A DNA stretch of 32,000 nucleotides from positions 630,001-662,000 of the forward strand of contig NC_022093.1 of NCBI RefSeq assembly GCF_000446015.1, given 5' to 3'. Of the stretch, positions 17,590 through 24,555 are shown piece by piece; positions within the stretch are counted from its first letter, which is position 1, and every line of letters starts with the position of its first letter. The notes below the pieces were generated by a model. It did not search any database. It saw nothing but the letters and a program-made list of their open reading frames with translations, and was not told where the DNA came from. Both the position numbers and the translations under genes were made by a program. Origin of the DNA: Thermofilum adornatum. Its GTDB lineage: Archaea > Thermoproteota > Thermoprotei > Thermofilales > Thermofilaceae.

Positions 17590-18250
17590 AGTCTGGCCGC
17601 TCGAGCCCGCACACGTGGGCGTGTGACCAGCGGCACTCGTCTCGGGCCCCCTGGGCAACATGCACCCCTCGGGGCCAAGTGTACACGCCGAGCACGAGGG
17701 ATGACCCCCAAGAGTAGTATGCTCGGCGTGGGTAGGGGGGACGCCTATGGCTAGGGGTGGGACCCGCAGAGGGCCGAGTAGCCTACAGTATGCAAGCCCG
17801 TCCGCCAAAAAACAAGTCTTTTTTTCTGGCCCCTTTCCACTTTTTCTTCCCCCCTTTCCCCGATCCGCCCCCACCCTCATATGGGTGGCGCCCCCACGAT
17901 AGGGGGCGGCTTCGATGCCTGGCCGTGTATGGGGGACCCTGCACGGCTTGGGCGATGAGGGTCGCGCCTCGCCACGGGAGACCCTGGCAGGCGCGGCTAG
18001 GGGAAGGGGGAAAGGGGCCAGCCAACGACAACCACTAACAGCCATAAACCACACAACCATACATCGCTTAACAAAGAATCTATGACATACATGAACCCAC
18101 GAAACCCACACTTCCTCTTATCCACCATTATTCGCTACCTCTCCTAACACGCAAAGAAGTGCCCGTCCCGCCGGTTCCCTGGGGCCTAGCGTGATCCATG
18201 CCTCCGCGCCCTAGCAGGGCGCCCCCGGAGCCAGGGATCCGGGGTGAGAG
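17590..18250. ncRNA. GC-rich, hairpin-dense region without credible ORFs; candidate structured RNA(s) of unknown class
   Basis: Many perfect local stems are visible: CTCGAG..CTCGAG (17587-17606), CACACG-TGGG-CGTGTG, GGCCCC..GGGGCC, GCCGAGCA..TGCTCGGC, CCGCCCCC..GGGGGCGG, CTGGCCCCTTTCC (17826) paired with GGAAAGGGGCCAG (18010), and GCGCCC-TAGCA-GGGCGC. A TATA-like TTTTATGT at 17563-17570 precedes the region, and a T7 run lies at 17817-17823. No rRNA, SRP or RNase P signature was recognised by eye. Confidence 0.3.
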
Positions 18251-18253
18251 GCT

Positions 18254-19528
18254 ATGGACATGGGGACGGCTAGCCCCGAGGGCTGGCGGACGGACCCCAC
18301 CGACCTCCTAGCAGAACTATACACCAGAGCCCAGCTAGCAAACAGGGAACTACACAGCCTAGTAAACGGACAGAAAAAATACTTCTACGAGTCGACTGAG
18401 ACCCTCATACACGGGCTAGGTCTCCCAGCAGACAAGGCAGACACATTGCGAGGCTTCACAGAAACACTAGCCAGCCTACTAGACATGGCATACCCGCAAG
18501 CAGAGACAAAGCTACAGAAACTATTGAAAGCCCTAGAAAACAGCAACGTCAAGGTAGAGCTGGGACCACGTGCCAAAAAGACGCTACACGTCATGCCAGA
18601 AGGGGAAAGGTGGTATGTCAGTGCACAGCTACGCAGAAAAACATGGCTATTCAAACTGCCAATCTACAGGGTGAGCGCCGACGCCGAGTTCCCAGAAATA
18701 CTAAACCTCTCCAGCCAGGACTTATACTACTTACAGGCAGGATGGCGAGCTAGCGATGAAAGTTGCGATCAGAACGAACCCCGAATGGGGACGACACAGC
18801 CATGGCAAGTACTTGCATGGGCAGTCGCGCGCTACGGCTATCTTCGGATATACCTCAGTTCTTTAAACCTAAACATGACTGAGCCAACATTCGCTTGGAC
18901 CATAACAAGCAAAAGCTGGGAACAACAGTGGCCCACCCGTGAAGGCAAAAAACAGGCACAGCAAGTAGCTAGCCAACACCCGCTCGGCATGCTGGCATGG
19001 TACCTCGGCGACGGCAGGAGACACAAATACGACCTAAGGTACAAAATTGGAAACGAAGAAAAATACGAGCCAAAAGACCTGGCACAGCAAATCCTGCAAG
19101 CCGCGTACCAGACAGGCTACGGAAAACTGCTAGACCTCCTAGAAAGCGAAAAATGGACAGCAATAAAACGACTACAGCCAAAACAGCACCCAGTATACGC
19201 AACCCTACAAGGCCACATCTTCTGGCTAAACTACTACGACGACAAACAAGTCCTACAGGCACGAGCCCTATTCAAAGACCCAGCCCAGGCACACAGACTG
19301 GCAAAAGCCCTAGCAGAAAACGGCATACAGGCACGGATAAACACGTGGAAAACCGGCTACCACATACTACAAATAACGGGACAAAACATACTAAAACTGG
19401 CGGAAAACAGCCCAGAATGGCGCATGGCATTAAAGCAACTGGCAGAAAAACACGGCCTACAGCCAAAAACACCAATGCTACGCAGGCTACTCGAGCTCGC
19501 GGAAAACCCACCCCAGCCAGAAACGTAA
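18254..19528 (+). CDS. Hypothetical protein (424 aa) with degenerate LAGLIDADG-like motifs
   Basis: This is the only long ORF here with non-repetitive composition. LAWYLGDGRRHKYDLRYKIG resembles a LAGLIDADG motif followed by a beta strand. YLQAGWRASDES could be a degenerate first motif. The assignment is weak. Confidence 0.55.
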   Translation: MDMGTASPEGWRTDPTDLLAELYTRAQLANRELHSLVNGQKKYFYESTETLIHGLGLPADKADTLRGFTETLASLLDMAYPQAETKLQKLLKALENSNVKVELGPRAKKTLHVMPEGERWYVSAQLRRKTWLFKLPIYRVSADAEFPEILNLSSQDLYYLQAGWRASDESCDQNEPRMGTTQPWQVLAWAVARYGYLRIYLSSLNLNMTEPTFAWTITSKSWEQQWPTREGKKQAQQVASQHPLGMLAWYLGDGRRHKYDLRYKIGNEEKYEPKDLAQQILQAAYQTGYGKLLDLLESEKWTAIKRLQPKQHPVYATLQGHIFWLNYYDDKQVLQARALFKDPAQAHRLAKALAENGIQARINTWKTGYHILQITGQNILKLAENSPEWRMALKQLAEKHGLQPKTPMLRRLLELAENPPQPET

Positions 19529-19535
19529 TTAGGAG

Positions 19536-19709
19536 GGGGCGTCACCCATTATACACCCATTTGAACCACCGTCCTCGGGGTTATGACTCGGGCCCACGCC
19601 ACAGGGCGCGGGTGCCCCGCGGGATACCTGGCTTCCCCACCGCGCGCTCGAGAGGGAAGCTGAATACCTTGGTCGCGCGGGGTGGACTTTCAGGGCGGGG
19701 TGACGCCCC
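19536..19709. ncRNA. Candidate structured RNA closed by a perfect 12-bp stem
   Basis: GGGGCGTCACCC (19536-19547) is perfectly complementary to GGGTGACGCCCC (19698-19709). Internal hairpins are CGCGGG-TGCC-CCGCG and CCGCGCG..CGCGCGG. The element is GC-rich in an intergenic position between convergent genes. Class and strand are unknown. Confidence 0.3.
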
Positions 19710-19749
19710 TGTTATTAGTATTATTGTGGGGTTTTTTATAAGTTTTTTG

Positions 19750-20793
19750 TTATTGGAGTGGTGAGAGTACTGGTGTGGGTCCGAATGGTCCTAGGTGGAT
19801 GTCTTGTCCTTCGTCTGCTGGGGCTAGGATGAGTCTTAGTCCTAGTGGTTTGTTTTTGGTTGTTTGTGTGTGGTGTAGGTCTGTGAGTATGTTGTGTATT
19901 ATGTTGTCTTGTGTTGTGTCTGGTATTGGGGCCATGTCTAGTCCTGGGACGCAGTATGTTGTGTATGCGGTTAGGTGGCTGAGTTTTAGTTGTTGTAGTC
20001 TTGCTAGTTCTTTGAGTCTGTTGTCTTCTGCTAGTGGTAGCATTGTTTCGTTGTAGCCTATTGTGGGGAGGTGTTTTGCTAGTTGTGTTAGTTGGTTGTT
20101 TATTTGTTTGATTGCTGTTATGGTGCCTGGTGCTGCTAGGGTTTGTCCTGAGTGTTTTTCGATTATTGTGGCTACGCTTTGGTCTTGCCATGGGCTTAGG
20201 GAGATGTCTATTCCTAGGAAGTTGTCGAGTGTTTGTTTTGCTGTTTGTGCTAGGGCTGTGAGTGTTTTTTGTAGTTGTTGTGGTGTTTGTGTGGTGTAGA
20301 GGGATGGGTATAGTAGGCTTATTGATGTTCCTGGTGTGAGTGTTGCTGTTGCTGGGAAGTATGGTGTCTGGACGAATTGTCCGTAGGTTACTGCGTATCT
20401 GGTGGCTGTGAGTGGGGATTGTTCTGAGAGTGTGCGGATTGTTTGGGCTAGTAGTTGTGTGTTTTGTGGTGTGTATAGTGTTGTTGTGTATAGTCTTGGG
20501 AGTGTGGCCATTGTGTCTGCTAGTTGTTTGGGGTGTAGTGGTTTGAGTTGTGGGACTGCTGTGTAGTTTATTTGGTATTTTTCTGCTAGTTCGTGTATTG
20601 TTTGTGCTGTTTTGTCGAATTTGTCTGGTGTTGTTGGTTTTGTTGTTAGGCGCTTGGTCCATATTTCTAGTTGTGTGTTTTTGGCTAGTTGTTCTGCTTG
20701 TTCGGCGAAGCGGGCGAGGAGGGTTTCTATTGTTTGTGGTGGCTGGTCTTGGTCGATGTGTATTGTTAGGGCTCTTATTTTGTGGCTAGTCAT
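19750..20793 (-). CDS. DUF711 / UPF0210-family protein with extreme T/Q/P-rich composition
   Basis: Family-like blocks are IRALTIHI (N-terminus), GYNETMLPLAEDNRL, YCVPGLDMAPIPDTT and KPLGLRLILAPADEGQDIHLGPFG. The start overlaps the upstream gene by 8 nt. The coding strand is about 80% A+C on sampled lines. Confidence 0.6.
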   Translation of the reverse strand: MTSHKIRALTIHIDQDQPPQTIETLLARFAEQAEQLAKNTQLEIWTKRLTTKPTTPDKFDKTAQTIHELAEKYQINYTAVPQLKPLHPKQLADTMATLPRLYTTTLYTPQNTQLLAQTIRTLSEQSPLTATRYAVTYGQFVQTPYFPATATLTPGTSISLLYPSLYTTQTPQQLQKTLTALAQTAKQTLDNFLGIDISLSPWQDQSVATIIEKHSGQTLAAPGTITAIKQINNQLTQLAKHLPTIGYNETMLPLAEDNRLKELARLQQLKLSHLTAYTTYCVPGLDMAPIPDTTQDNIIHNILTDLHHTQTTKNKPLGLRLILAPADEGQDIHLGPFGPTPVLSPLQ

Positions 20794-21922
20794 TGTTTTC
20801 GCCTGTGGTGTGTGTTTCTTGGAGGTGCTGTATGAGTGTGTCGAGGTCTTTGAATATCTTGGTTGTGTAGTATTCGAAGAATGGGCTTGCGGACTGGTGT
20901 GGGAAGATTGCGTATACGTGTTTGTTGTGGGTGTAGCCGTATTTTATTTCGCTTAGTACTCCTGGGGAGAGGACTGTTGTTGGGTAGTATACGACTATGA
21001 AGTCTGACTGGTTTATGAGCTGGTAGTCTCTGGCGACTATTTGGTCTTTTATGTCGTCTAGTGCCTCGTAGATTTGCTTGATTGGTAGCTGTACTGTCTG
21101 GGTGGCTGTGGGTATTTCTACTGTGTCTTTGCCGTTTTTTTCGGCCTCGTATGCCATGTCTACTAGTATGGAGTCTTCTATCGAGATTGGGTCGAATACT
21201 ACTATTCCTGCTTGTTTTAGGCGTTGTTTGACTTCGTCTTTTTGTTTCATGAATTCGGGGTCTCCTTTTACGTGTGTGATTGGGTAGCTTAGGTAGGCTT
21301 TTGGGGCTGGTTTTTGGCCTGTTTTCTTTGCTCGTTCGACGTCGTAGAGTATTTTTTGGAGCATTTGTGGGTCTTCGTGTCTGGGGAATACGTAGTATGG
21401 TTTTCTCTGGTATTCTGCTAGTAGTCTTGTTATGAAGGCTTCTTCGTCGCGCCATACGAGTATTTCTTTGAGTGTTAGTTTTCCCCGCCAGGCGTTTGAG
21501 GAGGCGAGTGCGGCGTAGATGTAGTGGGCGTTGTCGATTATGTTTATGTAGACGTCTGGGGAGAGCATGTTTACGTAGTGGAAGTTGAAGGCGTGGAGTA
21601 GGTGTTTTTTCCAGCGGAAGCATACGTGTGTGCTTATTGCGGCTACTTGTCCTTTTTGTCTGGTTTTTTCGACTTCTTTTAGTATGTCTTCGAATGTGGC
21701 GGCGCGGAGGTATTCGAGTGCTAGTGGGTCCATGTCGAGGATTTTTCCGTCTGGGATTTCTACTCCTAGTTCGCGGGATTTCTGGTACATGTTTGTGCCT
21801 ACGTCTATTATGTTTAGGTCGGGGGCTGTGGTTGTGAGCTGTTTTAGTAGGTCGTATCTGCCGCTTCCGCTTATGCCTGTTACGAATGCTACTAGGTCTC
21901 GACTATTCACGTGGGGATTCAC
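20786..21922 (-). CDS. Hypothetical two-domain protein (378 aa), with a P-loop-like N-terminal kinase/NTPase fold
   Basis: The N-terminal VAFVTGISGSGRYDLLKQL is a glycine-rich loop with R in place of the Walker lysine. The C-terminal half is unassigned. Amino-acid composition is normal, but codons end almost exclusively in A or C. It appears co-transcribed with the DUF711 gene. Confidence 0.6.
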   Translation of the reverse strand: MNPHVNSRDLVAFVTGISGSGRYDLLKQLTTTAPDLNIIDVGTNMYQKSRELGVEIPDGKILDMDPLALEYLRAATFEDILKEVEKTRQKGQVAAISTHVCFRWKKHLLHAFNFHYVNMLSPDVYINIIDNAHYIYAALASSNAWRGKLTLKEILVWRDEEAFITRLLAEYQRKPYYVFPRHEDPQMLQKILYDVERAKKTGQKPAPKAYLSYPITHVKGDPEFMKQKDEVKQRLKQAGIVVFDPISIEDSILVDMAYEAEKNGKDTVEIPTATQTVQLPIKQIYEALDDIKDQIVARDYQLINQSDFIVVYYPTTVLSPGVLSEIKYGYTHNKHVYAIFPHQSASPFFEYYTTKIFKDLDTLIQHLQETHTTGENND

Positions 21923-22082
21923 GTGGCTCGGAATAAAAATTTAGCTCTTTCAGTTGTCTTCGGATCCGTGTTTCAAGTTTCCTCGTGGTAGTGGGGAGGC
22001 TTGTTAACGTAAATTATCGAGGCCTTTTCTTAGCTGTGTCTATTCGAGAGAACTTGGAAAGCAGTGGTTTTTAGAGTAGCAA

Positions 22083-22196
22083 GCTTCAATTCCTTCTGAG
22101 CTGCATCGTGATCATTTGCCGGGAGTTTACCGTGGCCTAAATTTAAAAATAATCTTCCTATCGAGAAGCTTCATAAATAAGTTTTGGTCTTCCTGC
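22083..22196 (-). repeat. Decayed third CRISPR locus: one degenerate repeat plus a truncated leader remnant
   Basis: GCTTCAATTCCTTCTGAGCTGCATC (22083-22107) has 3 mismatches to the consensus repeat. 22122-22196 (GAGTTTACCGTGGCCTAAATTTAAAAATAATCTTCCTATCGAGAAGCTTCATAAATAAGTTTTGGTCTTCC) aligns with the distal half of leaders 1 and 2. The proximal ~150 bp, including the TATA block, is missing. Confidence 0.75.
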
Positions 22197-22299
22197 TTAT
22201 GTATATAAATTATTTATTGTTTAGCGCGCGGCTAAGTGATACTAATCTTTTTTGTTTGTAGCTTTTTATGTATGTTGAAGGGGTTTGCTGGTGGATGGG

Positions 22300-24330
22300 T
22301 TAGGTTTGTAGTGTTTTTAGGATTTTTTCTCCGTCGCCTGTGAGTTTGTAGCCTATGAGTGGTTTTCCGCCTTCGTAGAGGAGGGATGGGACTATTAGTC
22401 TTTTCCCGCTGAGTTCGCTTATTGCTCTGCTGAATAGTTCTTTGGGTAGGTTGACGAAGTTGAAGAGGGATTCGTGGTCTGTTTCGCCGCCCATTGTTGC
22501 GATTGCTCTGAGTATGGTTATTCCTTCTGGGCTTATTCCGACTGTGAGCTGTGGTGGTGTTGGTGGCTGTGGGGCTGGCTGGGCTGGGGGCGGTGTGGCT
22601 ATTCTTGGCGCCGGGTTTATGGTTGTGTCTGTCGTTGGCCGGGGTTCTGGTAGTCTCGCGATTGGCCTGGCGATTTCTGGGGGCTTGGCTACTTCTACTG
22701 TTATTGTGGGCTTTATTTTGACGGGCTGTGGCATTGCGCCCATTTCTGTGAGTTCTTTTTCTGCTTGTTCGTAGACTTGTTCTGGGTAGATGTAGTACCT
22801 GTTGATCACGGTGAATACGTCTTTGACTTCGAAGACTTTTTTGAGTCTTAGCCATTCTAGGACGGCTCGCCTGCGCTCTATCTCGGCGTATAGTTCTTCT
22901 ATTTTCTTTCCGGTCTTCTCGGCGAGGAAGCGTATGTGGTAGCTTTCAGACATTATGACGTGTTTGTCTCTGACTGGGTCCCATCTGACTATTTCCCTGT
23001 ATTTCTCGTAGTCTTCGACTTCCCATATGTGTTTGACTCTTCTTGCGAACTTGCCGTCTGGGAGGAGGGTTCTCTCGCTGAGGAGGGCGATGTTAAGCGA
23101 GGGTATGTAGGTTGGGGAGACGTTCATTGGGGGGCTTGTGAGCCTTTTTACTGCCCTGTCGAGGGAGTCGGCGTGCATTGTAGACATGCCTCCGTGGCCG
23201 GTCGACATTGCTTGGAATAGTACGAAGGCTTCTTCTCCCCTGACCTCGCCGACGATGATGTAGTCTGGCCTGTACCTGAGTGAGACCCTGACTAGGTCGT
23301 AGAGTGAGATTTCTCCGACCTTGGATTCGCCTAGTCCGTAGCTTTCCCTGCTTACGAGCTGGACCCAGTTCTCGTGTGGGAGGTTTAGCTCTGGTGTTTC
23401 CTCTATTGTTACTATTTTGAAGCCTGGCTTGAAGAAGTTGGCGATTGCGTTTAGGAGGGTGGTTTTTCCTGCGGCTGTTGCCCCTATGACCATTGCGGTC
23501 ATCCTGTTCTCGACCATTAGCCAGAGGTATGCGGCGCTCCAGGAGTCGAGGTTTCCAGAGTTGACCATCTCGACTATCGACATTGGCTTTTCTCTGAACT
23601 TTCTGATGGTGAATGTGCTTCCGCGTGGCGAGACTTCTTCTCCGTAGGTTGCCGCCAGCCTGTGCCTGCCTGGGAGCATTGCGTCTACTATCGGGAACGC
23701 GGCCGAGATGTGTTTTCCAGACATGTGTGCCAGCTTGACGATGAATTCTCTCAGGTAGTCCCTGCTCCTGAAGATTATGTTTGTGGGTATGCTTTCGTAG
23801 TCGCGGTGCCACACGTGGATTGCTCGGTCTACGCCGTCACAGCTGATGTCTTCCAGCTTGTAGTCGCGTATGAGTACTTCTATTGGGCCGTAGCCTACGA
23901 GGTCCCTCTCGATGTAGTAGATTACTTTTTGCCAGCTTTCTTTTGAGAGGCCCCTGGCGACGCTCCTGTACTTCTCTGCGAGGCGCCTGGCCTCGGAGAT
24001 TATGTGTTGTCTGAGTTCTAGGTCGAAGGATACCGGGGGCTCGAGCTCGACGCTTAGTATGTCTATGAGTTTTTCGAGGGCTTTTTGCTCTGTCTTTGTG
24101 AGCTGTACTTCTTCTACGAAGTATGCGCGCTGGTTTCCGGCCTCGGGTATCTCGACTATTTTTACCTTTGCAAAGGGCTCTACTACCCAGTATTCGTCTA
24201 TGACCCTATATGTGTCCTGTACTGGGAGTAGAACTACTTTCTCTTCTTCTTTTGAAGCTTCTGCTGCCTTCTTTTTCTCTTTTGATCCTTTTTTCACGTT
24301 TTTTTCTTTCTCTTTAACTTTTGTTGACAA
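22300..24330 (-). CDS. Type II/IV secretion-family ATPase (FlaI/ArlI/VirB11-like) with Pro-rich linker and C-terminal wHTH-like domain
   Basis: Motifs are Walker A VIGATAAGKTTLLNAI, IVTIEETPEL, Walker B region RYRPDYIIVGEVRGEEAF, and the His box STGHGGMSTMHA. After about residue 520 comes a proline-rich tract (PPPAQPAPQPPTPPQ). This is followed by about 90 aa (ILRAIATMGG...LIGYKLTGDGEKIL) that look like a winged helix. Confidence 0.85.
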   Translation of the reverse strand: MSTKVKEKEKNVKKGSKEKKKAAEASKEEEKVVLLPVQDTYRVIDEYWVVEPFAKVKIVEIPEAGNQRAYFVEEVQLTKTEQKALEKLIDILSVELEPPVSFDLELRQHIISEARRLAEKYRSVARGLSKESWQKVIYYIERDLVGYGPIEVLIRDYKLEDISCDGVDRAIHVWHRDYESIPTNIIFRSRDYLREFIVKLAHMSGKHISAAFPIVDAMLPGRHRLAATYGEEVSPRGSTFTIRKFREKPMSIVEMVNSGNLDSWSAAYLWLMVENRMTAMVIGATAAGKTTLLNAIANFFKPGFKIVTIEETPELNLPHENWVQLVSRESYGLGESKVGEISLYDLVRVSLRYRPDYIIVGEVRGEEAFVLFQAMSTGHGGMSTMHADSLDRAVKRLTSPPMNVSPTYIPSLNIALLSERTLLPDGKFARRVKHIWEVEDYEKYREIVRWDPVRDKHVIMSESYHIRFLAEKTGKKIEELYAEIERRRAVLEWLRLKKVFEVKDVFTVINRYYIYPEQVYEQAEKELTEMGAMPQPVKIKPTITVEVAKPPEIARPIARLPEPRPTTDTTINPAPRIATPPPAQPAPQPPTPPQLTVGISPEGITILRAIATMGGETDHESLFNFVNLPKELFSRAISELSGKRLIVPSLLYEGGKPLIGYKLTGDGEKILKTLQT

Positions 24331-24496
24331 TTTATCCTCCCTTAATGTTTATCCTTGAAGATAATAGTAAAGCCATAGTTTTAAATGGGTTTCGCAGTTC
24401 TAACTTGGCTGAATAGCAAAGATGCAGAGGATAGAATGTTTAGCTTTGGAACGCTGGGGCTCGAAAACTCAATAAACAGGTTTTTGTATTGTTAAT

Positions 24497-24555
24497 GGGC
24501 GATGGTGAGCCTTGCGAGGTCTGAATTTGTGAGGAGTCGAACCTCGCTGAGCCTC
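24497..24555 (+). ncRNA. Weak C/D-box sRNA-like candidate
   Basis: The layout is ATGGTGA (C-like, 24502-24508), a 12-nt spacer, CTGA (D', 24521-24524), GTGAGGA (C'-like, 24529-24535), an 11-nt spacer and CTGA (D, 24547-24550), flanked by GGC/GCC. Both C boxes deviate from RUGAUGA, and the two guide regions are mutually complementary (CGAGGT/ACCTCG). It may therefore be only a hairpin. Confidence 0.2.

Noticed and set aside
17295-18111. ORFs overlapping leader 2 and the GC-rich region (17295-17561, 17474-17695, 17485-18111, 17530-17754, 17757-18038, 17783-18031).
   Set aside because: They overlap each other on both strands and run through the conserved non-coding leader or through hairpin-rich DNA. 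Their translations are G/R/P/A-rich with no motifs. The region is better explained as non-coding.
17560-18250. rRNA fragment, SRP (7S) RNA or type A RNase P RNA.
   Set aside because: By eye I found no universal 16S/23S blocks, no SRP helix-8 GGAAGG-AGCA-type motif and no GAGGAAAGUCC/ACAGAA pair in this segment on either strand. Covariance models are needed for a proper test.
17560-19735. Group II intron (structured RNA, then an ORF, then structured RNA).
   Set aside because: The 424-aa ORF lacks reverse-transcriptase motifs; it has no YADD-type block with the preceding RT motifs, only an isolated YYDD. I cannot find a domain V-like AGC...GNRA hairpin downstream.
19530-19750. Replication origin at the A+C to G+T skew switch.
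   Set aside because: The polarity fits. However, I find no repeated ORB/mini-ORB-like elements flanking an AT-rich unwinding region and no orc1/cdc6 or whiP gene nearby. The switch also coincides with a convergent gene pair. I have kept it only as one hypothesis within the skew finding.
19736-23812. Long alternative-frame minus-strand ORFs (19736-20662, 308 aa; 20790-21623, 277 aa; 22232-22855, 207 aa; 23093-23812, 239 aa).
   Set aside because: All are T/N/R/K/P/H/Q-rich low-complexity translations in frames overlapping genes with recognisable motifs. They are a by-product of the A+C-rich, T-depleted coding strand. The same applies to 1652-2422 and 18997-19764 on the plus strand.
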